A stretch of DNA of 64,000 nt from Anaerolineae bacterium (GTDB lineage: Bacteria; Chloroflexota; Anaerolineae; B4-G1; SLSP01): assembly GCA_034432595.1 (NCBI GenBank), contig DAOUBT010000004.1, positions 18,892 through 82,891 of the forward strand, written 5' to 3'. Below are positions 26,660 through 38,200 of the stretch, one piece after another (within the stretch, counting starts at the first letter, position 1; each line of letters starts with the position of its first letter). Both the position numbers and the translations under genes were made by a program. Under the pieces are notes generated by a model. That model made no database searches, was not told the origin of the DNA, and worked only from the letters and a program-made list of their open reading frames with translations.

Positions 26660-29600
26660 TTACGGCAGAGGAAGTGTGAACAAGAAACGACTGCCCTGCC
26701 CCAGTCGGCTCTCAACCCAAATCGTCCCGTGATGATGCTGCATAATCTCGCGGCAAATGGCGAGGCCCAAACCACTGCCACCGCGCTGCCCCCCACCCTG
26801 CTGAAAACGTTGAAACAAACGCGCCATTTCACCCTCACGGATACCGGGACCGCTATCCGTAACACTGACCAGCACCACGGGATAGGGCGCGGGCAGACCA
26901 GTCTCGGCGCCAGGTTGACGGACCCCATACGGCGCCACCTCTGTTCCCGGTGGGAGCACCTCCGCTGCGATGACGATATCCCCATGATCGGTGAACTTGA
27001 GCGCATTGCCCAACAGATTTGTAAGTACCTGTATCATGCGATCCGCATCCCCCACCAACACCGGTAAGTCGGGCGCGATTTGCGTTCGCACCGGCACGCG
27101 CTTTTCTAAAATTAACGAGCGCAGCGCCGCTAATGTGGACGTAATCACATCCTGCAGCGTGAAGGGATCGGATTTCCACTCCAGCCGCCCGGCTTCCATC
27201 TTGGCCAGATCGAGCACGTCATTCACCAGACGGGTGAGGCGCGCGCCCTCCTGCGCTATGATGGACAGGTTGTCCGTGATACGCGCCGCGGCTTTCTGGA
27301 CTTCTGCATCATCCGCGGGTAGTTTGGGCAAGATGTGGCGCGTGAACTGCCGCCCGATAAGCTGACTGAAGCCCAGGATGGAGGTCATGGGAGTGCGCAG
27401 CTCGTGCGACACGGTGGACACAAAATCGTCCTTCATGCGCGCCATCTCCACATCCGCCGTGATGTCGTGCATCACGGTCACGACGCTTCCGCTCCAGGCA
27501 TCCTGCCCGCCGAAAGCCACCGAAGTGCTGCGGTAGATGCGTGGCGAATGGGTGTATTCCACACTCGCGCTGGTATCCGGCGTTTGTTGTGCCAGCGTCA
27601 ACGCCTCCAGCAAAGGCGGATAGGGTAACACCTCCTGTAAAGGCAACCCAATCAGGCGCGCTGCTTCATGTCCTACCATAGCACAAAAAGCGGGATTGAC
27701 AAGTTCGATGCGCCCCGCCGCATCGGTTACCACCAGGCCATCCGTGATATGGCGCAGAATGGCATCCAGCCGCGCGTGTTGTGCGCTCACAGTCTGATAG
27801 GCACGCTCCAGCTCCTGCGTGCGCGCCTGCACCTGTGCCTCCAGGGAGCGACTGTAGCGCTCCAGCTCTTGCGCCTGCTCCCTCACCCGATCCAACAATT
27901 GCAAGCGGCGTACCACCGCGCCTAACTGATGCCCCACCGTCTCGGCCAGCGCGATTTCCTCATCGCTCCAGAAGCGCGGCTGCGCATCGCCTACCAGCAT
28001 CCCGCCAATGGTTTCCCCTTGATTTTTGATGGGGATGGTGAGGGAAGAGCGGAATCCCAAACGCATCAAGAATGGACCGGTCCGGGTACGCAGTCCGTCC
28101 AGCGGCGTTGTCGTCCAATCTTGTACCGCCATCGGCACGCGCAGATCCAGTTGGGAAGCATACTCACGCGCCTCGTCAAAAACGCGCACAAAATCGGGCA
28201 GGCCACGCACGGCATACTGAGCGCCAATCCAGATGCCCCCCAGGGTGGTTTGCAGCGTTCCCATCACCAGATCCAGCACCTGCTCCAACAACCCGGCCAG
28301 GTCGTTTGCTACCGTCGCCGCCGCGATGATGGCATTCTGGGTCTCCAGGTAAGCGGCGCGACGCTGCGTCTGCTGCAGCAGGCGTGCATTCTCGATGGCA
28401 ATCGCGGCCTGAGCTGCCAGCATCTCCAGCAACACAATGTCATCCGCGCTGTAGGCGTTGGGCTGATAGCACTGGGCCGAAAGCACGCCGAAAATGCGTT
28501 GTTCCAGGCGCATGGGGACGAAGAGCAGCGAACGCACCGGCGTCGCGCCTACCTGAATCGCCTGTGCGCCGATAGCGTCCAGGCTCTGCTCCCCTATCAG
28601 CAAGGCCTGACCGGTGGTAACGACGTGCCAGCTCAGGCCCTGCCCGCGTGGTGCCCGCACGCCGGTGTACACCTGACCACGGTCCACGGCATAAACAACC
28701 TCTATGGCCTCGCCATCCTCCGTCACCACGCCCAGCAAGAAAGCATCGCAGGGCATCAACTGCTGTGCGGCGCGATGGATGGCCGCATACAGCGAGGGCA
28801 AATCGCGCACGGCGCTGATAACTTCCTGTCCCACCGCGTGGAGCACCGCGCGCCGCTGTCCGGCTTCCAGCGCGGTCTGATACAGCCGCGCGTTCTCCAA
28901 CGCAACGGCCATCTGCGGTGCCAACAGATGGAGGCGTTCAGTATAAGCCTCCTCATACAGGCCCGGCGCCCAACGCACATCCAGCACGCCCACGACGCGC
29001 GCGCCCAGCAGCAGGGGTAACACACAGCGCACGGCGGCGCGGTCCTCCTCCGGCGTGTGCCAGGGACGGCCCTCGCGCAACGCAGCGCGCACCACTTCGT
29101 CGTGGCCCTCATCAACCTGAAGATAAAGAAAAACCTCTTGTGCCTGCACCAGCCCACGCACGGCCTGCGTGATGGTCTGCAACAGCGGTTCCAGTTCGAG
29201 TTCCGCCGCCACCAGGAGATTGAAGCGCTGGATGGTTTCCAGTTCCTCGCGGCGATGCAATTCCTCGCGGTAGAGACGGTTGTTCTCCAGGGTCAGCGCC
29301 ACCTGCTCGGCGAAGAGCGCCGCCACCTGCACGTGATCAGGCGTGAGGGTGCGCGGGGTAAGCTGCTCCAAACAGAGGACGCCCCATACTTCATCGCGCA
29401 CCAGCAGGGGAACACCCATCCACGCCACCGGTTGTTCGGCGGAAGCCAGAGGGCACATGGAAGGCACGCGTTCCAGAAGCACAGGGCGACGCGCTTCCAG
29501 GACCTGCGCCAGATGTTGCTGTGGCAATTCGGCATCGGCGCAGGGCGCGTTAGCTCCTTCCGCGTTGCGCCAGCTCAAGCAATGCCAGTTCCCGGCGCGA

Positions 29601-30145
29601 CGCTCGAACAGGGCCGCCCAGCTATAAGGGACAAGGCGCTGCAAGTGTTCCAGCAGACGCGGCCACAGCGCAGCTTCATCGCGAACCACAGCGATATCGG
29701 CGCTCACGGAACACAGAATATCCGCCAGACGCCGCTGCCATTGTTCAGCCTGCAGCTCCTGTAACTGTGCCATAAGCGGCGCGAGCAGCGCGCACAGAAC
29801 GCGCGCATCGTCGGCCACGTCCGCGGAGAGGGTGTGTGCAACGTCCGGGTCCAGCGCCAGCCAGGCCAGGATGCGCCCGTCGCTGGTTATGGGCAGGGTC
29901 AGCGGTGTACCGGCGGGGGTTAGATCGGGGTTGATGTGGTACACGACATGAGCAGGGCGTTCCGTATGCCAGGCGTGCAAGACCAGCGTTACTCTGGCGA
30001 CGGGGCGCCAGGTACACAGATGTTGGGCCACCGCTTCCCCCAGGGTCAAAAGCGAGGTGGACATCAGGGCCGCGCGGAAGGCCGCCCAAACGCGCGGGCT
30101 GGGCGGATCAGCGGTTAGAGCGGCGGTTTCTGAGATGATGTCCAT
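26660..30145 (-). CDS. Multi-GAF/PAS sensor histidine kinase (1161 aa)
   Basis: At least 4 GAF-like segments. PAS domain (HITDGLVVTDAAGRIELVNPAF). H-box VSHELRTPMTSILGF. HATPase GSGLGLAICREIMQHHHGTIWVESRLGQGSRFLFTLPLP. Confidence 0.85.
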   Translation of the reverse strand: MDIISETAALTADPPSPRVWAAFRAALMSTSLLTLGEAVAQHLCTWRPVARVTLVLHAWHTERPAHVVYHINPDLTPAGTPLTLPITSDGRILAWLALDPDVAHTLSADVADDARVLCALLAPLMAQLQELQAEQWQRRLADILCSVSADIAVVRDEAALWPRLLEHLQRLVPYSWAALFERRAGNWHCLSWRNAEGANAPCADAELPQQHLAQVLEARRPVLLERVPSMCPLASAEQPVAWMGVPLLVRDEVWGVLCLEQLTPRTLTPDHVQVAALFAEQVALTLENNRLYREELHRREELETIQRFNLLVAAELELEPLLQTITQAVRGLVQAQEVFLYLQVDEGHDEVVRAALREGRPWHTPEEDRAAVRCVLPLLLGARVVGVLDVRWAPGLYEEAYTERLHLLAPQMAVALENARLYQTALEAGQRRAVLHAVGQEVISAVRDLPSLYAAIHRAAQQLMPCDAFLLGVVTEDGEAIEVVYAVDRGQVYTGVRAPRGQGLSWHVVTTGQALLIGEQSLDAIGAQAIQVGATPVRSLLFVPMRLEQRIFGVLSAQCYQPNAYSADDIVLLEMLAAQAAIAIENARLLQQTQRRAAYLETQNAIIAAATVANDLAGLLEQVLDLVMGTLQTTLGGIWIGAQYAVRGLPDFVRVFDEAREYASQLDLRVPMAVQDWTTTPLDGLRTRTGPFLMRLGFRSSLTIPIKNQGETIGGMLVGDAQPRFWSDEEIALAETVGHQLGAVVRRLQLLDRVREQAQELERYSRSLEAQVQARTQELERAYQTVSAQHARLDAILRHITDGLVVTDAAGRIELVNPAFCAMVGHEAARLIGLPLQEVLPYPPLLEALTLAQQTPDTSASVEYTHSPRIYRSTSVAFGGQDAWSGSVVTVMHDITADVEMARMKDDFVSTVSHELRTPMTSILGFSQLIGRQFTRHILPKLPADDAEVQKAAARITDNLSIIAQEGARLTRLVNDVLDLAKMEAGRLEWKSDPFTLQDVITSTLAALRSLILEKRVPVRTQIAPDLPVLVGDADRMIQVLTNLLGNALKFTDHGDIVIAAEVLPPGTEVAPYGVRQPGAETGLPAPYPVVLVSVTDSGPGIREGEMARLFQRFQQGGGQRGGSGLGLAICREIMQHHHGTIWVESRLGQGSRFLFTLPLP

Positions 30146-30748
30146 AGGTTGGTTCCAGTGAACTTTCTACCGTAAAACTTTTGTAGCGCCAGCCTCCGGC
30201 TGGCGAGTTGCCCAGACGGAGCCTGGGGGTACCGGCGTACCGCCAGCCTCCGGCTGGCGAACGTCCCAGGCGAAGCCTGGGGATACAAGGGCAAATTCCC
30301 CGGGCGGAGCCTGGGGGTGACGGTGTACCGCCAGCCTCTGGCTGGCGAACGTCCCAGGTGGAGCCGGGGGGTACAAGGGCAAATTCCCCAGGCAAAGCCT
30401 GGGGGTGACGGTGTACCGCCAGCCTCTGGCTGGCGAATGTCCCCGGCAGAGCCTGGGGGTACAAGGGCAAATTCCCCAGGCAAAGCCTGGGGATACACAA
30501 GCAGAGCCTGGGGGTACAAGGGCAAATTCCCCAGGCAAAGCCTGGGGGTGACGGTGTACCGCCAGCCTCCGGTTGGCGAGTTGCCCAGGCGGAGCCTGGG
30601 GGTACAAGGGCAAATTCCCCAGGCAAAGCCTGGGGATACGCAGGCGAAGCCTGGGGGTACAAGGGCAAATTCCCCAGGCAAAGCCTGGGGATACGCAGAC
30701 GGAGCCTGGGGGTACGCAGGCAAAGCCTGGGGATACACAGGACAAGGT
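30146..30748. repeat. About 600 bp array of complex tandem repeats (units of roughly 47 and 90 bp) built from two perfect 8-bp-stem hairpins: CGCCAGCCTCCGGCTGGCG and CCCCAGGCAAAGCCTGGGG
   Basis: Fills the entire intergenic gap between two minus-strand genes. The ORFs in this interval (PQALPGEFALVPPG...) are repeat artefacts. Confidence 0.85.
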
Positions 30749-32593
30749 TCATTTCAGGCCCAGCACCTCGTACACGATATCCGGCTCGCTGTGGCCTTTC
30801 ACCAGAATCGGACCGCGCACAGCAACATCAACCCAGGGCTTGACGTTGTTGTAGGCCTGCTCATTGAGGAAGATTTGCCCGGGCCCGGCGTGGGATTGGA
30901 AGCGATAGGCCAGGTTTACGCTATCGCCAATCGCGGTGTAGTTGCGGATTTCGCTGGAGCCGATGTTGCCCACAACGCTGGCACCGGCTGTAATGCCGAT
31001 GCCAAAGCTTAGACGATAGGCCGGGTCGAGTTGTTCGTGCAGGCGACGAATGGATTCGCGGATGGCCAAAGCCGCGCGTACAGCACGCAGCGTGTGATCG
31101 TGCTGATCCAACGGCGCATTGAAGATGGCCATCACCGCATCTCCCATGAACTTATCCAACGTGCCTTCCTCATTCAACACCGCGTCCGCCGCTAAGGTGA
31201 GGTAACGGTTGAGGATTTCCACCAGGCGTTCCGGGTCCGTGCGTTCGCTGAAGGCCGTAAAGCCGCGAATATCGGCAAAAAGCACGGTAATTTCGCGCCG
31301 TACACCGCCCAAACGCACCTGATCCGGGTTGGAAAGGAGCTGTTCCACCACGCTCGGCACGACATACTGTTTGAAGGTCTTTTCAATCAGTTGGACACGC
31401 TTTTCCAGGCGGCGGGTTTCGGTGAGGTCGTCCAACACAATGGCGATACCTGTGCGCTGCGCGTGATTGTCTTTTAACTGACTCAGGTGGAGACGCAAGT
31501 ACACGGGTCCGCGTCCCGGCAATTCCGTGTTCAGTTCTTTCTGCACCACGCGGTCGCTCGATTTCACCTCATCCATCAGCGGCACCAGCAGCGGCCCCAG
31601 GCCGGGGAGCGCACTGCTGCAAGGCTGACCGAGTACCTCCGACTCGCTCACGTTGAGGATTTGCCCTGCCGCGCGGTTCAGGGTGGTAATCGCGTCGTCG
31701 TTATCCGTGGTCATCACGCCGCTGGCGATACTGGCAAAGATGTTATCCATGTAAGTCTTCATGGCGGCGATTTCGTCACGCTGTTGGCGCAAATCGGCGA
31801 AGAGCCGTGCGTTTTCGACAGCGATGGCGGCCTGTGCCGCTAAGGTGGTGAGCAGCTTCTCATCGCCCGCGGTGAAAATGTCACGTCCGCCACAGCGTCC
31901 CAACAGCACCACGCCGAGGATACGCGCGCGGGTTTTGAGCGGAGCGCAGAGCACAGAAGCGATTTGCGTCGGGTCAGGACGGTCGAATTGATCGGCGGTG
32001 ATGATGCGCGGCTTGCCATCCTCCAGAATCGCTTGAATCGAGCTGGCTATCAAACCTAAGGCTTCATCCACCAGCGCTTCGTCGCCGAAACTGGAGCGCA
32101 GGCTGGGATTACGCCGCTGCTCCAGCAACACCACCACGCCAAAATCCGCGCTGATGATGCGCGCCGCTTCATCCCGCACCAGGCCCGGAATCTGCTGCGG
32201 ATCCAGGGAGGTGTTGATGGTCTCGCCGATGTTGTAGAGCAGATTAATTTCGCGATAGCGCTCCAGCGTTTCCTGCGCCAACGAGCGGTTTTCGAGCGCC
32301 GCCACCAGCAAGTTCATCAGACTTTGCTGCGCAAACTGAAGCACCGCAGGATGGGCAAGTGCAGCTTCATCCCCGCGTACCAGGATGTGGCCATAAACGT
32401 ACTCACCATATTGAAGCGGATAACGCTGCACGGAAGCCTGCGGGGCAATAGCGGTGTTCGCTTCCGCCAGGATTCGTCCATCGCAGTCCTCCAGCGCCAC
32501 GTACGTATCGGGTAACGCGGCTGCAAGCGCCCCCAACCATTGTTGCGCGCTCCGCCGATTGATGAGTTTACGTAAAGTCAGAGTGGTTTCCAT
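30749..32593 (-). CDS. GAF/PAS sensor adenylate/guanylate cyclase (class III)
   Basis: GGAGG ribosome-binding site. Cyclase homology domain ITVLFADIRGFTAFSERTDPERL...FGIGITAGASVVGNIGS. A PAS-like segment precedes it. Confidence 0.85.
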   Translation of the reverse strand: METTLTLRKLINRRSAQQWLGALAAALPDTYVALEDCDGRILAEANTAIAPQASVQRYPLQYGEYVYGHILVRGDEAALAHPAVLQFAQQSLMNLLVAALENRSLAQETLERYREINLLYNIGETINTSLDPQQIPGLVRDEAARIISADFGVVVLLEQRRNPSLRSSFGDEALVDEALGLIASSIQAILEDGKPRIITADQFDRPDPTQIASVLCAPLKTRARILGVVLLGRCGGRDIFTAGDEKLLTTLAAQAAIAVENARLFADLRQQRDEIAAMKTYMDNIFASIASGVMTTDNDDAITTLNRAAGQILNVSESEVLGQPCSSALPGLGPLLVPLMDEVKSSDRVVQKELNTELPGRGPVYLRLHLSQLKDNHAQRTGIAIVLDDLTETRRLEKRVQLIEKTFKQYVVPSVVEQLLSNPDQVRLGGVRREITVLFADIRGFTAFSERTDPERLVEILNRYLTLAADAVLNEEGTLDKFMGDAVMAIFNAPLDQHDHTLRAVRAALAIRESIRRLHEQLDPAYRLSFGIGITAGASVVGNIGSSEIRNYTAIGDSVNLAYRFQSHAGPGQIFLNEQAYNNVKPWVDVAVRGPILVKGHSEPDIVYEVLGLK

Positions 32594-32707
32594 CGCTCAA
32601 CCTCCTGTTATGCGCTCGCTCCAAGCGCATCCCGTTTTTCAAAAAACAAGTAAAGATCGTTAAGGGCATAACCATCATCCAAAAGGCGTTCGCCGGATTT
32701 GCCACAG

Positions 32708-35230
32708 CTACCCGTTAACTCGCGCGGATTGGATCACCTGCTCCAGCGTAGCGGCTACAACATTGGAATCCACAGGTTTCTTAAGATAGGCCGCTGCGCC
32801 CAGAGCCATACTCGCCTCGCGTTCGTCGGCGATGGTCAGGACCACCACCGGTATGGAAGCTGTGGTCGCATCCGCCTTGAGCAGACGCAGAACTTCCAGG
32901 CCGGAAATGCCCGGCATCATCAAATCCAGAACAATAGCATCGGGATGATGCAGGCGCACCAGCGTCATGCCTTCCGCTGCATTCTTTGCGCTCAGCACAC
33001 GATAAGCGCGCTGCTCCAGCTCCTGCCGCAACCACTCCAGAATAGCAGGGTCGTCATCCACAGCCACAATGCAAGCTGGTGCGTCGGGGCGTCTCACGTC
33101 AGAGCTGGCGCCGTTACGCTGCTTCTCTTCGGATAAAAACGCAAGGCTCTGTTCCCCCGCCGGCAAGGCAAAGTAGAAAACGGCCCCGCTGGAAGGCTCA
33201 GAACGCACGGCAATATGGCCCTGATAGTGGCGCACAATATCGCGCGAAAGCGCCAATCCCAGGCCTGTACCTTTGGGTTTATCGTGGATGTAGTCCCCGC
33301 CTTGCCAGAAGCGCTCGAAAATATAAGGCTGATACTCCAGCGGAACACCAGGCCCCGTGTCGGCGACGCTGATCAAGAGACCGCCGCTTTCCGGCGTTAT
33401 CCAGTCATCCACTTTCTCGCCCGCCTGCAACGCCCGCGCGCTTACCTTCACCCAGCCCGCAGAAGTGAATTTGATGGCGTTGGAAAGCAGGTTATCCAAA
33501 ACTTGCTGAACACGCAGGGGATCGGCTTTAATCAAGGGGAGCGGGGATGCAAAATCCACCAGGATACGCAATCCTTTCTTTTCCGCCGCCTCACGGAATC
33601 CCGCCACACTTTCTTCGATGATCATCGCCGGCTCGCACATCACATCGTTCCATTCCAGCTTGCCGCTATCCATGGCCGCCAGGTCAAGTACATCGTTAAT
33701 CAGATGCGTCAGGCGCTCACTTTCCTGAATGAGGATATCGAGATTACGACTCAAACGCTCGAAAGCGCGCTTTGCTGGCTCTGGAATCAGCGTGAGCGCG
33801 GCCATGAGCTGCTCCAGAGTGCGGCGCGTGAGCTTAGCAAAGCCCAGGATGGACGTGAGCGGCGTGCGCAGCTCGTGCGAAACCGATGAGATAAAGTTCG
33901 TCTTCATGTGCGCGAGTTCCACATCGCGCGTGATGTCGTGCAACACCAGCACCGCACCCAGCCCCGTATGGGCGGGCAAGGCGCGCGCCAGCACGCGGTA
34001 GACGTGCCGGTCAGGTGCGACGAGTTGCAACTCGTGCGCTCGCTCCGGCACCTGTAGCGCCTGCTGTAACAGTTCGTGTAGACCCGTGTTGGGGAAAAGC
34101 GCTGCCAGATGGGTCGTAGAAGCGTCCGTTGCCAGCGGGAAAACCGTGCGGAAAACTTCGTTGGTGATGACCAGCCGGCCTTCGCGATCGGTCACGACCA
34201 ATCCCTCGGCAATGTTGTCCAGAATGGCAGCCAGCATTTGCTGTTTCTGTTCCAGCTCCGCCACGCGCGCCGCAATGTGCTCTTCCAGCGACTGATTCAA
34301 GTCGTACATGCTCTGCTGCGTGGCAACGACATGACGGGCCATCGTGTAGATGTCCTGCGCCATCACGACAAAGTCCACGTCCGTGCTGCCGGTGACAAAA
34401 TCGGCGCGGCTCTCTTCCATAAGGGAGCGCACCGCCTGCTGAATGTCAACATGGGCCATGCGAATCGTGCTGAGAATGAACAGGGCCAGGGCAAAGGTCA
34501 ACAGGAGTAAGCTGCCCCCCAACAGGATGACAAAGGCGCCATTCCGCGCCAGCTCTGGACGTTGCCCGAACAGAGCCGTGAGCACGATCGTCCCCGTCAG
34601 TACCGGCACGAGCAGACGGGCCATGCGCCTATCAAGACTGCCGGGAGGGTTCAGGGATAGAGGCTGACCGGAAAGGGCTAACCTATGACGCATCCGGCGC
34701 AGCGCGGGTGCCATAGCCAGTTCAGTAATCGTGCTGGCATAGGTCACGTACAGCAGCACGGCCAGCGCGCCGCCCAGGGCATACCAGCCCCAGGCCGCCC
34801 CCCGCAACGCTGCATCGAGCACGGCCAGAATGACCACCAGGCTACTCAGCACGGCGGCGATGCGCGTATAAAGGCCGGGCAAACCCTCAAGGTCTCGCGT
34901 CAGGGTGGGCAAATCTGCGGCGGGAATCTCATCCTGCCGCCAGGCTACGTTAATGCGCCGACAGGCCGGATGCGTTAATGGAGTTTCCAGCCAGCCCCCG
35001 CGCAGCAGATGGATGAGCGTGGCTATGCTCACCAATACGGCCAGCAGCACAAGCACATGCAGCAAGGACGCGCCGCTGAGTCCTGTCACCAATACGATGA
35101 AGAGAAATCCCAGCAGCGCAGCGACCTGCCCACCGAGCACGGCCAGCAAGGCAACCACCACGCTGTAGGCGAAGCGTCGTGTCAGACGAAGCACCAGACG
35201 CTCAGGTAAGCTCATGTCCGTTAGATTCAC
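32708..35230 (-). CDS. Hybrid sensor histidine kinase (multi-TM sensor, PAS, HisKA, HATPase_c, C-terminal receiver)
   Basis: H-box SVSHELRTPLTSILGF. G-box GTGLGLALSRDIVRHYQGHIAV. REC domain CIVAVDDDPAILEW...VLDLMMPGISGLEVL. Confidence 0.85.
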   Translation of the reverse strand: MNLTDMSLPERLVLRLTRRFAYSVVVALLAVLGGQVAALLGFLFIVLVTGLSGASLLHVLVLLAVLVSIATLIHLLRGGWLETPLTHPACRRINVAWRQDEIPAADLPTLTRDLEGLPGLYTRIAAVLSSLVVILAVLDAALRGAAWGWYALGGALAVLLYVTYASTITELAMAPALRRMRHRLALSGQPLSLNPPGSLDRRMARLLVPVLTGTIVLTALFGQRPELARNGAFVILLGGSLLLLTFALALFILSTIRMAHVDIQQAVRSLMEESRADFVTGSTDVDFVVMAQDIYTMARHVVATQQSMYDLNQSLEEHIAARVAELEQKQQMLAAILDNIAEGLVVTDREGRLVITNEVFRTVFPLATDASTTHLAALFPNTGLHELLQQALQVPERAHELQLVAPDRHVYRVLARALPAHTGLGAVLVLHDITRDVELAHMKTNFISSVSHELRTPLTSILGFAKLTRRTLEQLMAALTLIPEPAKRAFERLSRNLDILIQESERLTHLINDVLDLAAMDSGKLEWNDVMCEPAMIIEESVAGFREAAEKKGLRILVDFASPLPLIKADPLRVQQVLDNLLSNAIKFTSAGWVKVSARALQAGEKVDDWITPESGGLLISVADTGPGVPLEYQPYIFERFWQGGDYIHDKPKGTGLGLALSRDIVRHYQGHIAVRSEPSSGAVFYFALPAGEQSLAFLSEEKQRNGASSDVRRPDAPACIVAVDDDPAILEWLRQELEQRAYRVLSAKNAAEGMTLVRLHHPDAIVLDLMMPGISGLEVLRLLKADATTASIPVVVLTIADEREASMALGAAAYLKKPVDSNVVAATLEQVIQSARVNG

Positions 35231-38200
35231 GTTTTTCCCTCATTAAAACAATGACTTCACGCCCATGTACGGGGTGCTTGAGGCGCACCGCCTGCCAGGC
35301 ACTCTCGTCGGGACGTAGCTGGGTCATCAGCCAGCTTTGCAAGGTGACGGTCTGCCCGGTAAGCAGAGCGCTGTGCACGTCATAAGCATCCAGGACCTGA
35401 AAGCCATCGGCGTTCAGGTAGCTCATCATTCCCGCCAAAGGCGTCTCGGCGGGCAGCTCAGTGCTGCTACGATAGAGGCGCAGCAGGGTTTGGGCATGTT
35501 GCAACAGAAGGTCTTCCGCTACCGGCAGGCGCAAGCATAGATCCGCACCTCGCTGTCGGCCCAAGTCCAATTCATGCTGATGCGTAGCCAGCAGGAAGAC
35601 GGGAATGCGCAGGGTTTGCGGGTCGGATTTAAGGATGCGCAGCACGTCAAAGGCGGTGAGGTCGGTGAGGCGCGTGTTCAGTACGATCAGCGCCGGCGCC
35701 TGTTGCCGGGCCAGGGTAATGCCCTCGCTCCCGCTTTGCGCGTGCAGAACGGGATAGCCGAGAGACGGCAAATTGTCGTGCAGGGTCTGCAGGGCCGCAT
35801 CGCGCGGGCCAATCAGCAAGACTGGCGCAGAAACGCTGAGAGGACCAGTGCTACCCCGTGGGCGGCTTTCCGGCACGACGGCGCTCGTCCGCTCTTGCGG
35901 TGCGCCCTGCCAGGGCAAGGCGAAGAAAAAGGTGCTGCCACGACCAGGGGCCGAATCCACCCCAATAAACCCATGGTAGTGGCTGATGATTTCATGGCAA
36001 ATGGAAAGGCCCAGCCCTGTGCCCTGAGGTTTATCCGTGAGACCGTTGGAGGTGAGTTGCTGGAAGCGCTTAAACAGGCGCGCCTGCAATTCGGGGGCAA
36101 TGCCCGGTCCGCGGTCGCTGACGCTGACTAAGAGCGCGCCGCCCTCCGGTACAGGCCAGTCCTCTAACCGCTCGCCCGGCGCAAGCGTTTTTAAGGTGAT
36201 GGTGATACTCTCCCCCGGCGGAGAGAATTTAATGGCGTTGGAGATGAGGTTGAAGAGCACCTGTCGGACGCGCTCCGCGTCGGCGTAGAGGGGCGGAAGG
36301 GACTCCTGCACGCGCCGCCGAATGCTCAACTGCTGCTGTTCGAGCAGGGGACGCAGTTCCTCCAAAACTTGCTCCAGAAGTTGCGGCACGTGGAGCGGCT
36401 GATCGTTCCACGCCATGCGTCCGGCTTCGATGCGGGCGATGTCGAGCACGTCGTTGGCAAGCTGATTCAGACGCTGCGCCTCTTTCTGGATGATGTCGAG
36501 GTTGTTCAACACGCGCTTGAGGGCCTCCTGTACGCGCCCATTGTCCGCCGGCAGATGAGGGATGAGGTCGCGTTCCAGGTGTTTGCGCGTGACGCGGGCA
36601 AAGCCCAGGACCGAGGTAAGCGGCGTGCGCATTTCATGGGAGACAGTGCTGATGAACTCCGTCTTCATGCGGTCGAGTTCTTTTTCGTGCGTGATGTCGC
36701 GCAGCAGGGTGACGACGCCAAGTTCAGCCGCCTCCTCTGCCGCCGCTGCCGAGGCTTTAAAGCTGCGGTGATCTTCTAAGGTGATTTCGGTCATGAAGGT
36801 TGAAGCGGGGTCCCGCATGGCCTCTGTAATCAGACGGTTCAGCTCCTGTTCTGCCGCGCTCGCGCCCAGGGGACGCCCCAATATTTCGTGTGCCGGGCGG
36901 TTCAGAATCGCTTCCGCAGCAGGGTTGACCAGAACAACACTGCCATCCGGCGCCGTGACCAGGAGGCCATCCACCATGGTGCGCAGCGTCACGTCGAGTT
37001 TGCGCTTTTCCTGCGCCAGGGTATCGGCCAGACGGGCCAGTTGACGGGCCTGCTCCGTCACGTTGGCGAAGAGATGGGCATTTTCCAAAGCGACGGTAAT
37101 TTGTTGCCCCAGCGCCATAAACAGGTCCACGTCTTCCGGGGTGAAGGCGTTGACGTGTTGGGTTTCAAGGTTGAACACGCCGATGAGACCTTCGCGCCCC
37201 ATCAGGGGAATGGCCAGCTCCGCACGGATTTCCGGCATACCCGGCACGTAGCGGGGATCGAGGCTGACATCGTTGCACAGCACAGGTTTGCCACTCCGCG
37301 CCGCGGCCACCGTCAGGCCAGGCCCATCCAGAGAGAGGCGCAGATCATAGGTGCTTTCCGGATAGCCAACTTGATAGCCAATGTACAGGACTCGCGCGGC
37401 GGGGTCGAACAGGAAGATGCCCACGTGCGGATAGGTGAAAGCCTTAGCGACAGCTTCTACCACGGCCTGCATCAGCGCGCGCGGATCGAGAATGGAGGTG
37501 ATGGTATGGGAAACCTGTTGCAGAATGCTGAGACGCGCAGCCTGCGTCTGCACGCGCTCGTACAGGCGGGCATTTTGCAAGGCCACAGCAACCTGATTGG
37601 CCAGAGCCGTCAGCAACTGCGTCGCGCGCTCGTCAAAGGCATTGGCCCGGGTGCAGGCCAGATGAAAGACGCCGATAACTTTCTCGCCAGAGAACATGGG
37701 AATGGCCAGTTCCGAGCGCAGGTGAGAAACAGCCACCCCATCCGCCGGATGTTGTCGCCGCTGCGTGGTGCGCGTAGCAGCGGCCTCCGCCACCAGGCTA
37801 TGTTCCGGATTCAGAATCAGAGGGATGGGGTCTAACAGGGAAAGTGTCTCGTTTTGGGAGACATAGGAGAGATCGCCGGTGCGTTCGTCCACAAGATGCA
37901 GCGCCACCACGGGGTAGCCAAAAGTATCGCGCACGAAATGGACAATTTCATGCAACAAACGGCGCACGTCCAACAGGCCGCTGATGTGCTCAGAGGCCTT
38001 GAGCAGCACACCGAGGTCGCGAGCGTGAGCCTGCATCTGCTGATACAAACGGGCGTTGTGAACGGCGGTTGCCAGTTGCGCGGCGAAAAGTGAGGCTTTG
38101 CGCGCATCCTCCGGCGTGTAAAAGTCGGGCTCATGCTTATCCACCGTCAGCAGGCCGATGCCCTCACCCTGCACCGTGAGCGGCGCGCCAATCCAGGAGC

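Noticed and set aside
25915-30748. A possible CRISPR array in the tandem repeat regions
   Set aside because: Units are irregular (about 47 and 90 bp) and internally palindromic. They have no unique, similar-sized spacers and no cas genes or leader. They look like REP/MITE-like hairpin repeats. The ORFs predicted inside them (for example 30108-30752) are repeat artefacts.
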